The notes beneath the pieces are model-generated. The model was not told the origin of the DNA and did not search any database. It worked only from the letters and a program-made list of their open reading frames with translations. From an uncultured Cocleimonas sp. (GTDB lineage: Bacteria; Pseudomonadota; Gammaproteobacteria; Thiotrichales; Thiotrichaceae), in the NCBI GenBank assembly GCA_964632635.1, contig CAZWEA010000001.1:1-54071 (forward strand): a DNA stretch of 54,071 nucleotides, in the 5' to 3' direction. Shown piece by piece: positions 1 to 9,938 of the stretch. How positions within the stretch are numbered: position 1 is the first letter of the stretch; every line of letters starts with the position of its first letter. Made by a program: the position numbers and the translations under genes.

Positions 1-71
1 TAACGGTAGCTACTATTCCACCTGACTAAGTGGTAAATAAGAATATTAAAGTCATTGTATTACTGAAACGA

Positions 72-632
72 TTACTGAAAGGTCATTATACTTCCCATTG
101 CTGTTTTAACGTCTTCTGGCGTGGGTGGTTCAACTTCTGATGGGCTGTTTTCAATTCCACCACATTCGAGTAAATGGATGTTTGGCTGACTTTTAGAGCG
201 AATTTGCATAGTCAAAACTTCTAGAATATCGGATGGTGTGCTATCTACTAAGCGAAAGGATACATTATTATAAGGTGGTGCTAATGGTTTTGTATTTCTT
301 GCGATAAGGCGTGTTTCTATACGGCTATTAATAACTTCAAAAGTGTCTGCTTTTATCGTGCGTTTTTCATCACTTACGTTATGAAATCGAATATAACAGA
401 AGGGTTCAAAGCGATTATGGTTGCCGCCTTTATTCTCACCATTTTGAATAAATAAACCTGCTCTGTCGGGTAACACAGATAAGCTTTTATGCAGAACAAT
501 TTTAGTCCCTGCTGTTGGGTAAGCGTTTTGTTGATGTATGCGTGAAGTGCTACACGATGTTAAACCAGCCAGAACTGTGACTAGGAGAAGTATTTGATAT
601 TTATTCAGAGCGTTCGTATTGAAAGTACTCAT
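72..632 (-). CDS. Hypothetical lipoprotein
   Basis: 186-aa ORF; hydrophobic signal ending in lipobox LTSC; AGGAG RBS upstream. Confidence 0.7.
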   Translation of the reverse strand: MSTFNTNALNKYQILLLVTVLAGLTSCSTSRIHQQNAYPTAGTKIVLHKSLSVLPDRAGLFIQNGENKGGNHNRFEPFCYIRFHNVSDEKRTIKADTFEVINSRIETRLIARNTKPLAPPYNNVSFRLVDSTPSDILEVLTMQIRSKSQPNIHLLECGGIENSPSEVEPPTPEDVKTAMGSIMTFQ

Positions 633-653
633 GGCTTATCTCCTTAATGATAA

Positions 654-1580
654 TTACGGTAAATAGAGTTCCTGCTTACTCTCAAAGCTACGTTGTTGTT
701 GTGTGATTGGATCAATAAATGAAATACTTTTAGCCAGTAGTTGTAATGGGTTTGAGTAATCTTCACCTTTGCAGGTGAGTAATTCAGGGTAAAAAGGATC
801 ATTCAAAATGGCAATGCCTAATGACATCATGTGTACGCGTAGTTGGTGTTGTTTCCCGCTTACTGGTTTTAATTTGTACATGGCATAGCTTTCATTGCTT
901 TGTATTAATTCAATATGAGTTTCAGAGTTTATTTCACCGTCCACCTCTTTCATCAAGAAAAACGGCTCTCCTTTTTCAATTCTACTTTTATGTGTTAAAG
1001 GTAAATCAAGTTCAGATTTTGCTGCAATCGCATGGTACACCTTATCCACTTGACGCTTTTGAAAAAGTGTTTGATAAGCACCCCGCACTGAAGTATCACA
1101 AGTAAACATGACGACACCTGCTGTCTCTCTGTCTAGTCGATGGATGGGGCTAATATCTTCATTTTGATAGCGGTGTTTTAATCGCGCGAGTAGGCTTTCT
1201 TTAACATACCGTCCTATGGGTGTTATTGGAATAAAATGAGGCTTATCTACGACAATAATATGCTCATCTTTATAGAGTATTTCCTCATCAAAAGGAATCC
1301 TTGTTTCATTGGGGATTTCTCGATAATAAAATAGAAAAAGTTCTTCTTCATAGGCAGAACTTTCACTGAATTGTTTACCTTTTTGATCTACGATATCACC
1401 ACGAGACATACGCTCTTTGAGAATCTTCTCTCCAATAAAAGGGAAGCGCTCAATTAGAAAATCAAGAATAGTATGCCAATTATTATCCTGTTTTTTAGGA
1501 AGCCAGACGCGGCTTGCTGAAACACCATCGCGCATTGGCAGTGGCGATTTTAGTTTTTCTTTTGCTCTATAACGGGTCAT
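654..1580 (-). CDS. RluA-family RNA pseudouridine synthase
   Basis: HRLDRETAG catalytic motif, VDKP and GKQHQLRVH motifs; start chosen at ATG 1580 (ORF extends to 1637). Confidence 0.9.
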   Translation of the reverse strand: MTRYRAKEKLKSPLPMRDGVSASRVWLPKKQDNNWHTILDFLIERFPFIGEKILKERMSRGDIVDQKGKQFSESSAYEEELFLFYYREIPNETRIPFDEEILYKDEHIIVVDKPHFIPITPIGRYVKESLLARLKHRYQNEDISPIHRLDRETAGVVMFTCDTSVRGAYQTLFQKRQVDKVYHAIAAKSELDLPLTHKSRIEKGEPFFLMKEVDGEINSETHIELIQSNESYAMYKLKPVSGKQHQLRVHMMSLGIAILNDPFYPELLTCKGEDYSNPLQLLAKSISFIDPITQQQRSFESKQELYLP

Positions 1581-1690
1581 TTCAGTATTTAATCGATTGA
1601 AAATAAGAATAAGCAGCAGACTAGTATAACCCTGCAAATGTGTTACTGGGTAGCTATATAGCGACTAAAGATTTCTAGGTTTAAACTTTT

Positions 1691-2659
1691 TTAAGCTAAA
1701 GATTTGTTAGCATCTAACCATTTTATAATTCTTTGATCGACCCAATATTCAGGATGAAATGGTGACTTTCCTGTAATAAAGCCGACATGCCCACCATGCT
1801 CAGAGAGTTCTAATTGAATACTTTTTGAGAGTTCTTGTTCTTCGGGTACCGTATGCTTCCACATAAAGGGATCATCCTCAGCATGGATGATTAATGTTGG
1901 TTTTTGGATGTCTTTTAAAAATTGGCGACTACTACATTGGGTATAATATTCATCTGCTCCCTTGAATCCATGTAGAGGCGCTGTTACTTGATCATCAAAA
2001 CGATAAAATGTATTGAGTTCATCAATGTTTATATCTAGTGGAGATGGTTTATGACTAAATTTATCTTGGTATTTTTGCTGACAGCGACTAATAAGGTGTT
2101 TTTGATAAACACGAGAAAAGCTCTTTTCAAGTCGATCCCCCGCATGCGCTAATTGAAAAGGAACTGAGACGGCAATGGCTGTTTGAGTTTTTGCATTTAT
2201 GCCATTTTCCCCCAACCATTTTAGTAATACATTTCCACCCAGTGAAAAACCAATTATGGCGAATAGCGGTTGTTGAAATTGAGTTTGAATAGCATCAATC
2301 ACTTGGTTTAAATCATCGGTATCACCGCTATGATAACTGCGATCAAGGCGATTAACTTCATCACTACAACCACGAAAATGCATAAAAATAGCAACATATC
2401 CCGCGGTATCTAATTTTTGCATTAAGGGTTTGGCATAGTGAGAATCCAATGATCCCTCAAGGCCGTGCATGATGAGTACCAGTGGCTTATTTTTAGCACT
2501 TGTCATTGCAAGATCAATGAAATCGCCGTCAGCTAATTCTATACGTTGTTTGATAAGTGGAAGTGCAGGGCGCTTCTTAAAGAAGGTTGACCAGAGTGTT
2601 TGTGCATGTGGACTTTTTAACCACCAAGGTGCTTGAAAGTCACTTTCTTCTATGGGCAT
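1691..2659 (-). CDS. yheT: YheT-family alpha/beta hydrolase
   Basis: HGLEGS, GFSLGG nucleophile elbow, DDPF and GGHVGF motifs. Confidence 0.88.
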   Translation of the reverse strand: MPIEESDFQAPWWLKSPHAQTLWSTFFKKRPALPLIKQRIELADGDFIDLAMTSAKNKPLVLIMHGLEGSLDSHYAKPLMQKLDTAGYVAIFMHFRGCSDEVNRLDRSYHSGDTDDLNQVIDAIQTQFQQPLFAIIGFSLGGNVLLKWLGENGINAKTQTAIAVSVPFQLAHAGDRLEKSFSRVYQKHLISRCQQKYQDKFSHKPSPLDINIDELNTFYRFDDQVTAPLHGFKGADEYYTQCSSRQFLKDIQKPTLIIHAEDDPFMWKHTVPEEQELSKSIQLELSEHGGHVGFITGKSPFHPEYWVDQRIIKWLDANKSLA

Positions 2660-2668
2660 TCAGATACC

Positions 2669-2875
2669 TTACCAATCATCCTTTGGCTCACATTGATCAC
2701 ATTTAACACAGTTTAATGTTTCACCCAGTTTACTCTTTCTACCCTCTAGCGTTACGACCCATGATCGATTCACAAAAGGTGGATTATGACGTACATGTTG
2801 ACCATGATGACAATCAAGTTCAGCAACCCAGTCGTTTTCCTCATCCTTATGATAACCTATGATTTTACGTTGCAT
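2669..2875 (-). CDS. DUF3565-like small protein
   Basis: DWVAELDCHHGQHVRHNPP...CVKC pattern. Confidence 0.8.
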   Translation of the reverse strand: MQRKIIGYHKDEENDWVAELDCHHGQHVRHNPPFVNRSWVVTLEGRKSKLGETLNCVKCDQCEPKDDW

Positions 2876-2981
2876 ATATGATTAAACTGTTATCAAAAAG
2901 AAAAAGTATAACTGTCTCTTTCTTTTGATGCTATTTGTATTAGGATTAGTAGAAGTACACCACACCAAAGAAGGTTCCAAT

Positions 2982-5027
2982 ATGTCATCACTCATTGAAA
3001 TTAAGCCAAGTGTTTGTCCACTTGATTGCGGTGATGCTTGTAGTTTAAGCGCTACCGTTGAAAACGGTAAACTGTATAAAGTGTCAGGTAGCAAAGCTAA
3101 CCCTATTACTCAAGGGGTTGTTTGTGGAAAAGTCTCTAAATACTATCCTGAGTTTATTCATGGTGACAGACGATTAACCACTCCTCTTCGCCGTGTTGGA
3201 GAAAAGGGAACCCATAAATTTGAGCCAATTAGTTGGCAAAAAGCAATTGACCTTTGTTATTTGGGTATACAAAAAGGGATCGATGAATACGGTGCTGAAA
3301 GTGTTATGCCACTTAACTATGCAGGTCCGCATGGACAGTTAGCGGGTGCTTCGATGGATATGCGCTTTTTTTATAAATTAGGTGCCACTCAATTAAATCG
3401 ATCTCCTTTGTGCGCTGGGGTGCGAAGTCTTTCCTATACGTCTTTATTTGGCACAGCATTGGGTATGCCAATGGAGCAAATGGAACACTCTGACTTGATT
3501 ATTTTGTGGGGTGTGAATGTAACAACTTCGTATTTGCACATGATGAAAATGATAAAGAAGGCGCAGAAAAAGGGTGCCAAAGTTATCGTTATTGATCCTA
3601 AGCAGGTCAAAGTATCTAAAATTGCTGACCTATATTTGCAAATCACTCCTGCTAGTGATGTGTATTTTGCTCAAGCAATGACAGCAGAATTTGATCGTTT
3701 AGGTATGATCGATCATCAGAAACTAAAAGGCAAAGTGTCTGGTTTAACAGAATATCTTGCGAATGCTAAGCAATATTCTATGGATAAAGTAGAAGAAATC
3801 TGTGGCTTACATTCAAGCCAACTGAGTCAATTTATTGATCTGCTAAAGAATGCTAAACGAATGAGTATGATGGTCGGCGTAGGAGTTGAACGCTCACGCA
3901 ATGGTGGTTCTTCAATTCGTTCAGCAATGGCTTTATCGGTACTTTTAGGCCAGTTCGGAAAATTAGGTCAAGGACAAATGGGATACTATTCACCTGCATT
4001 TAATAAAACGCCCGATCGTTTGCAACGCCCTGATCTTTTGGAGCAGCCAACAAGAACCTTTAATATCGTTGATGCAAGCGATCATATTTTAGATAGAGAA
4101 GATAGCACCCCGATTAAAACGGTCTTTATCTATAATCACAATGCCGTTGCAGTTCACCCAGACCAAAATAAAATGATTAAAGCGCTTTCTCAAGAGGATG
4201 TCTTTGTTATAGGTTGTGACATCAGCATGACGGATACGATGAAATATGCCGATGTGATACTGCCAGCCTGTAGTCACTTTGAGCACAGTGATGTTTATAG
4301 TGCCTATGGACACACTAACTTACAGCGCTCGGAAGCGGTGATTTCCCCTGTAGGAGATGCATTACCAAACACAGAAATATTCAGGCGTTTAAGCCAGCGT
4401 TTTGGTTTTGATGATCAAGCATTTAAGGACACGGATGAACAGTTACGAGAACAGGCTTTTGATTTGGCATCTCACAGTGCTAGTGAAAATTTGGTAGCAG
4501 AAATAAATACAAAGTCGTCCATAGCAATGGCTGATATTGACCATATTTGGTTGTCTGATTTGCAAGAAAAAACGACTTTATATAATCCAAACCTAGAAAA
4601 AGTATATGGATACGGCTTGCCTCGCTATAAGGAAATTAAGACAAAGTATCCTTTTGTGCTGTTGACTCCAGCGGCATTTAACCGTTCTAATTCAACGTTT
4701 GGTGCTTGTAAAATAGAACTAGAAACGCTTGATATCAATCCTCATGATGCTAATGAATTATCTATTAATGAAGGTCAGAATGTGAAGTTAACAAACAACT
4801 TTGGTGAAGTGGTTTTAAAAGCACGAATTACAAATGAGATTGCAAAAGGAGTCTTACTAAGTCCAAAAGGCAGTTGGCAAGAAAGCAGTCCGACAGGGCA
4901 AACAGTGAATGCTCTTATAGATACAAATAGCAAAACAGATATAGGTGATGGTGCTGCTTTTTATGATACTTTTGTTGACTTAGAACCACTTAATAATAAC
5001 GAGTATGGAAAATCAGTAGGAATCTAA
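2982..5027 (+). CDS. Molybdopterin (bis-MGD) oxidoreductase, DMSO reductase superfamily, substrate unknown
   Basis: N-terminal CPLDCGDAC...C [4Fe-4S] motif, RLTTPLRR, TDTMKYADVILPA, C-terminal dinucleotide-binding domain; start at ATG 2982 after AAGG. Confidence 0.88.
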   Translation: MSSLIEIKPSVCPLDCGDACSLSATVENGKLYKVSGSKANPITQGVVCGKVSKYYPEFIHGDRRLTTPLRRVGEKGTHKFEPISWQKAIDLCYLGIQKGIDEYGAESVMPLNYAGPHGQLAGASMDMRFFYKLGATQLNRSPLCAGVRSLSYTSLFGTALGMPMEQMEHSDLIILWGVNVTTSYLHMMKMIKKAQKKGAKVIVIDPKQVKVSKIADLYLQITPASDVYFAQAMTAEFDRLGMIDHQKLKGKVSGLTEYLANAKQYSMDKVEEICGLHSSQLSQFIDLLKNAKRMSMMVGVGVERSRNGGSSIRSAMALSVLLGQFGKLGQGQMGYYSPAFNKTPDRLQRPDLLEQPTRTFNIVDASDHILDREDSTPIKTVFIYNHNAVAVHPDQNKMIKALSQEDVFVIGCDISMTDTMKYADVILPACSHFEHSDVYSAYGHTNLQRSEAVISPVGDALPNTEIFRRLSQRFGFDDQAFKDTDEQLREQAFDLASHSASENLVAEINTKSSIAMADIDHIWLSDLQEKTTLYNPNLEKVYGYGLPRYKEIKTKYPFVLLTPAAFNRSNSTFGACKIELETLDINPHDANELSINEGQNVKLTNNFGEVVLKARITNEIAKGVLLSPKGSWQESSPTGQTVNALIDTNSKTDIGDGAAFYDTFVDLEPLNNNEYGKSVGI

Positions 5028-5069
5028 CAATTATTTATTGAGACCCCAACTCTGAATTTGTGAGTATTA

Positions 5070-7100
5070 TTACTCATCTAACATCGCTTGTAAGTTAGAA
5101 ATATACGATTGAGCGGTCTCTTGCATTTCCTCTTGAGAAACTTCTTTTCTGTCAGCCCATTCGAGGTGTTCCTCTGGTAGCTCTTCAAGGAAACGGCTAG
5201 GCTCACAGGAGATTTTTTCACCAAACTTATTGCGTGTACTGGCGAAGGTAATGCAAAGCTGTTTTTGTGCACGAGTAATACCTACATAGGCAAGTCGCCG
5301 TTCTTCTTCTAAGCCATCTTCTTCCATACTGTTGGCATGGGGTAATATTTCTTCCTCTGCACCGATGATAAAAACATAGTGGAATTCTAATCCTTTAGCT
5401 GTGTGCATGGTCATTAGGCTAATGGCATTTTCTTCTTCTTCTTCCTGATTCCTTTCCAGTAAGTCCATTAGACACATATGAGCAATAATTTCAGAGAGAG
5501 TTTCCTTGCCCTCACCGCCTTCATATAAGCGCCTTGTCCAATCAATGATTTCATTTACATTTGCCATACGTGATTCGGCTTGTTTATTGGAAGCACATAT
5601 ATTTAATAACCAGTCTTCATAAGCAATTTCGGTGACAATTCGCTCTACCAATTCATGCGGTTTAACCTCATGACTCGCTTGCATAAGATCATTCATCCAG
5701 TAAATAAAACCTTGTACACGGGCAACGGCTTTTTGTGATGTGCGCTGTGCAAACCCCATTTCCTGACTGGCTGCAAACATGCTGATTTGGCGTTCATTGG
5801 CATAATTGCCCAGTTTTTCAAGAGTATTCGCACCGATGGAGCGTTTGGGTGTATTAATAACACGTAAAAATGCAGCATCATCTGCCGTGTTACCAATCAG
5901 ACGTAAGTAAGCAAGTATATCTTTAACCTCTGCTCGTTCAAAAAAGGAGGTTCCGCCACTGATTTTATAAGCAATATTATTACTGCGTAAGTAGCGTTCG
6001 AATAGTCGGCTTTGATGATTACTGCGATATAAAATAGCCATATCTTGATACTTGGCTTTATCACGAAAGGTATATTTCATAATCTCGCCGATGACCGTTT
6101 CTACTTCGTGTTCTGCTGATTTACAGGGAATAATACGAATTTTTTCCCCTTCACCTAATGCACTCCATAGCTTCTTTTCAAAAAGGTGAGGATTATTTGA
6201 AATAAGTTGATTTGCACTTTCTAAAATACGTGAAGTTGATCGATAATTTTGTTCTAGTTTTACTATTTTTAGGTTGGGATAATCTTCTTGTAACTGAGCA
6301 ATATTCTCAGGTTTAGCTCCTCGCCATGCATAGATTGATTGATCATCATCTCCAACTACAGTGAGTTCTTTTCGCATTCCTGTTAATAGTTTAACTAATT
6401 CGTACTGACAAGTATTGGTGTCTTGGTATTCATCGACTAATAAGTAACGGAGTTTATTTTGCCACTTTTTGAGGATCTCTGAGTCCTGTTTAAAAAGCTG
6501 TAATGGCAGTAAGATTAAGTCATCAAAATCAATTGCATTATATGCTTTTAACTGACGCTGGTAGCGACGATATAATTTGGCTGCATGGATTTCGTGTGCT
6601 GAAATTGCTACTTCAAAGGCTTTTTCAGGTGAAATAAAATCATTTTTCCAACGTGAGATAATCCATCGAACATCTTCATCCTTTTCATTAGACTCTTCAG
6701 TTGCAGTCTCATTTAAGGTCAGCTCTTTTATGATGGTACTGCTATCTTGGGAATCAAATATTGTAAAACCAGATTTGTAACCGAGTGTTTTAAATTCTTT
6801 TCTAAAGATATCTAAACCTAGTGAATGAAAAGTAGAAACAGTCAAACCTCTAGATTCTTCCTTGGTTAATAATTCACTTACGCGCTGTTTCATTTCGCGA
6901 GAAGCTTTATTGGTGAATGTAATCGCTGCAATGTTTTTAGCTTCAACATTGACCTGCCGAATTAGCCATACGATTTTCTGTGTTATTACGCGTGTTTTAC
7001 CACTACCAGCACCTGCAAGTACTAGAAGTGGAGAACCAATATGCTCAACCGCAGCTTGTTGTTGAGGGTTTAAAGTGGATATCTTAGTCACAGAAAGCAC
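5070..7100 (-). CDS. rep: ATP-dependent DNA helicase Rep (UvrD/Rep family)
   Basis: LAGAGSGKTRVITQKI, DEYQDTN, VGDDDQSIY, KGLEF and EEERRLAYVGITRA motifs; Rep-like length and C-terminus. Confidence 0.92.
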   Translation of the reverse strand: MLSVTKISTLNPQQQAAVEHIGSPLLVLAGAGSGKTRVITQKIVWLIRQVNVEAKNIAAITFTNKASREMKQRVSELLTKEESRGLTVSTFHSLGLDIFRKEFKTLGYKSGFTIFDSQDSSTIIKELTLNETATEESNEKDEDVRWIISRWKNDFISPEKAFEVAISAHEIHAAKLYRRYQRQLKAYNAIDFDDLILLPLQLFKQDSEILKKWQNKLRYLLVDEYQDTNTCQYELVKLLTGMRKELTVVGDDDQSIYAWRGAKPENIAQLQEDYPNLKIVKLEQNYRSTSRILESANQLISNNPHLFEKKLWSALGEGEKIRIIPCKSAEHEVETVIGEIMKYTFRDKAKYQDMAILYRSNHQSRLFERYLRSNNIAYKISGGTSFFERAEVKDILAYLRLIGNTADDAAFLRVINTPKRSIGANTLEKLGNYANERQISMFAASQEMGFAQRTSQKAVARVQGFIYWMNDLMQASHEVKPHELVERIVTEIAYEDWLLNICASNKQAESRMANVNEIIDWTRRLYEGGEGKETLSEIIAHMCLMDLLERNQEEEEENAISLMTMHTAKGLEFHYVFIIGAEEEILPHANSMEEDGLEEERRLAYVGITRAQKQLCITFASTRNKFGEKISCEPSRFLEELPEEHLEWADRKEVSQEEMQETAQSYISNLQAMLDE

Positions 7101-7325
7101 AGGTTATTTATTGAAGGGGGTATCTTAATCTTTAGACAGATAAATTGCAGATGTTTATCATGAGAAATGATAGAAAAATTTGTAATTAAACGTTTCTACC
7201 GCTAATCCAATCTTTTTGCTTGAAATGATTATGTACCATATAATCAGGGATAGAGCAGAATACTTGCGTTTTAATAATGCATTTCAGTTAGCCTTTTCAA
7301 ATAAAAATAATAAGAAACCTAATTA

Positions 7326-8657
7326 ATGAATAGAAATATAGCCATTTCTCAAATTAAAGCAGTTCATGATATCCATGAAAAATTGCTGACTCAAGGTCAT
7401 ATTTTGCAAACGGGTGTCGATTTACACACTGTAGATGAACCGCAAGACTATTATGAGTCTGAATTTGGACAGTGGTTATTCAATGAAGATAAGTATCTTA
7501 GTCATTTTCTTTGGTATTTTGATCTAAACTATTTATACCGAGAATCACTTGACTCATACAGCGTTCTTTTTACAAAAACTATACAAACATATAATCCAGT
7601 AACCCGTAGCAAGCTGTTAGAAAAATTACTGGACTTTGAAGTCAAAACTAAAGTCTTCCTATCGAAATTAGATGAAATTAAACAGTTCTTATCAGATTTA
7701 GATGATAATGAATTTAGTAATATGATTAATGAGGAACATAAGGGGTCGAGTTCTCAAAATTTGAATTCATCAGGTTTTAGTGAAGATATTATTAACGATG
7801 ATCAAACTAAACAAACTGCTCTAATAACTCAACAAAATAGTGAACAACTACAAGCTGACATACTAACCAAAAATACACAGAATCATTTAAGTGAACACCA
7901 AAAAACAATACAACAAAGTGTTGAGCAGATGAAGCAGTATTACATCCTAAAACACTATGAAATGGAGTTGGAGCAACACCAAGGTAATAAATTTGAATCG
8001 TACTCTGTACAAAAGCAAAAGGCGCTACTTAAGGAACTAGCTCGGATTGATAACTTGTTAATGAATAAAACACATAGTTTAAATGAGTTAGAAGAAGGTG
8101 ACTTCGATTTTAAGATTGTGCACACTGAGTTATCAAGTAATTCAATTGACCTTGAACTGATGGAAGATAAAAAGTCATCAATGTCCGAGAGTTTACATAA
8201 ACTAAAGTTAAAACAACGCTTAAAAGACCTAGACCTTGAGAGCCTTTTAAAGCAGTTAGATACATTAAAAGAAGAATTAGAAGTAATTAATTCAGAACAA
8301 TATGCAATGCAGCAAGAGTTTGATGAATATATGCAGGTGTTGTCAGAAAAACGAACGCAACAAGATGACTTTATTAAGCAACAAAACGAATTTCAAATAA
8401 GAGAAGAGCTTCATAAAGAAATTGAAAGTTTAGAGGAGGCATCACTAAGAAATACTGATAGTTTAAAATTAATAGAAATTGAGTTACAAGAATTTCAACA
8501 GCAAAATAAATTATCCATAGTGGAGAAACAACAAGAGCTAACCCAACTTGATGAGCAACTGGAAATTAAACAACAAGAGTTGCAAGAGTTTACAGAATCA
8601 CAAGATATTACAGAGATCCAGGAAGGCTTTAAGGAGCTATCTCAGCTCACTTCGTGA
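7326..8657 (+). CDS. Hypothetical protein: degenerate CZB-like N-terminal domain plus long acidic coiled coil
   Basis: 443-aa ORF; ESEFGQW resembles the CZB CxFGxW motif; E/Q/L/K-rich heptads in the C-terminal two-thirds. Confidence 0.6.
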   Translation: MNRNIAISQIKAVHDIHEKLLTQGHILQTGVDLHTVDEPQDYYESEFGQWLFNEDKYLSHFLWYFDLNYLYRESLDSYSVLFTKTIQTYNPVTRSKLLEKLLDFEVKTKVFLSKLDEIKQFLSDLDDNEFSNMINEEHKGSSSQNLNSSGFSEDIINDDQTKQTALITQQNSEQLQADILTKNTQNHLSEHQKTIQQSVEQMKQYYILKHYEMELEQHQGNKFESYSVQKQKALLKELARIDNLLMNKTHSLNELEEGDFDFKIVHTELSSNSIDLELMEDKKSSMSESLHKLKLKQRLKDLDLESLLKQLDTLKEELEVINSEQYAMQQEFDEYMQVLSEKRTQQDDFIKQQNEFQIREELHKEIESLEEASLRNTDSLKLIEIELQEFQQQNKLSIVEKQQELTQLDEQLEIKQQELQEFTESQDITEIQEGFKELSQLTS

Positions 8658-8774
8658 ACGTAAAAAACCGTTTTTCCGAGTTAAATGAGCCTGTAACAAA
8701 ATCTGTGTAATTGCCTATCATTAATCCAAACAGGATAAGGATAGGTAAATTATAAATAGAGAGCTTCTCAAAAT

Positions 8775-9770
8775 CTACGTCATGTATTTTTCTAAAATAC
8801 TTTGCTGAGTATCTTTTTCTAGTCGTGCACCAAAAGTTGCCACAATTCTAGCAGCAGATTCACTCGCTAATAGACCAGCATCACGATCACTCATTCCTTG
8901 AGTTAAACCATACATAAATGCTCCAGCGAACATATCACCTGCACCATTTGTGTCTTTTGCTTTTACAGGGCTAGCCTCGATAAGGATCTGTTTATCTCCT
9001 GTGACTATTATGGCACCTTTACTTCCAAGAGTAACAATCACTTTACTGGCTTTTTTTGTCAGATCTGTAACTGCATCGTCTAGTTTATCTTTTCCAGTAA
9101 ATATACAAGCCTCTTCTTCATTACAAAATAGAATATCAACTCCATCACCAATAATCTCAGTAACACCTTCTTTGAAATAGGACACCATAGCAGGATCAGA
9201 GAAAGTGAAAGCTGTCTTCACATCATTATCTTTAGCTGTTTCACGTGCTTTTAAGGCCGCTTTTTGAGAGCTTTCAGAAGTGACAAGATATCCTTCAATA
9301 TATAGATATTCTGAATTGGCAAGGTCTTCTAAATGTAGGTCTTTTTCCGAGAAGTCAGAGGTTATTCCTAAATATGTGTTCATGGTTCGCTCAGCATCGT
9401 CGGTAACCATTACCATACACTTACCTGTTACGCCATCACCTTTGACTTGATCAAGTTTTGTTATAACCCCAGCTTTTGCTAAATCTTTCATGTAAAAATC
9501 GCCAGTCTCATCATCAGCAACTTTGCAAGCGTAAAATGTATCTCCGCCAAACTGACTTATCGCAACGATTGAATTTGCAGCAGAGCCACCACCTGCACGT
9601 TTTTTTAAGCCAAATTGTTCTTTTAAATTGGCTAATAAGGTTTCTTGTTGGTCTTTTTCGATAAGGGTCATTAAGCCTTTTTCTATACCATTGTCGATGA
9701 GGAATTGATCAGTTACTTCAAATTCTTTGTCAACGAGAGCATTTCCGATGCCATAAACGTGATATTTCAT
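8775..9770 (-). CDS. PfkB-family adenosine/sugar kinase
   Basis: GIGNALVD, GGSAAN and DTNGAGDMFAG motifs. Confidence 0.9.
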   Translation of the reverse strand: MKYHVYGIGNALVDKEFEVTDQFLIDNGIEKGLMTLIEKDQQETLLANLKEQFGLKKRAGGGSAANSIVAISQFGGDTFYACKVADDETGDFYMKDLAKAGVITKLDQVKGDGVTGKCMVMVTDDAERTMNTYLGITSDFSEKDLHLEDLANSEYLYIEGYLVTSESSQKAALKARETAKDNDVKTAFTFSDPAMVSYFKEGVTEIIGDGVDILFCNEEEACIFTGKDKLDDAVTDLTKKASKVIVTLGSKGAIIVTGDKQILIEASPVKAKDTNGAGDMFAGAFMYGLTQGMSDRDAGLLASESAARIVATFGARLEKDTQQSILEKYMT

Positions 9771-9938
9771 TGTAAACCCTGTTAAATAATAAAGTTGCGC
9801 TAATCTAACAGATTTGAGAGAAAACTAAAGGTTGATTTACGTTACAATACCCACATTCTATTTAAATCAAGACTTTCACTGTATTTAGCCGTATTAAAGT
9901 AAGTCTCAAACAATTTACTGGAGCAATAATAAAATAAT

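Noticed and set aside
9010-9017. ATGGCACC as another motif copy
   Set aside because: Only 8 bp match, inside a CDS, without the C and T tracts.
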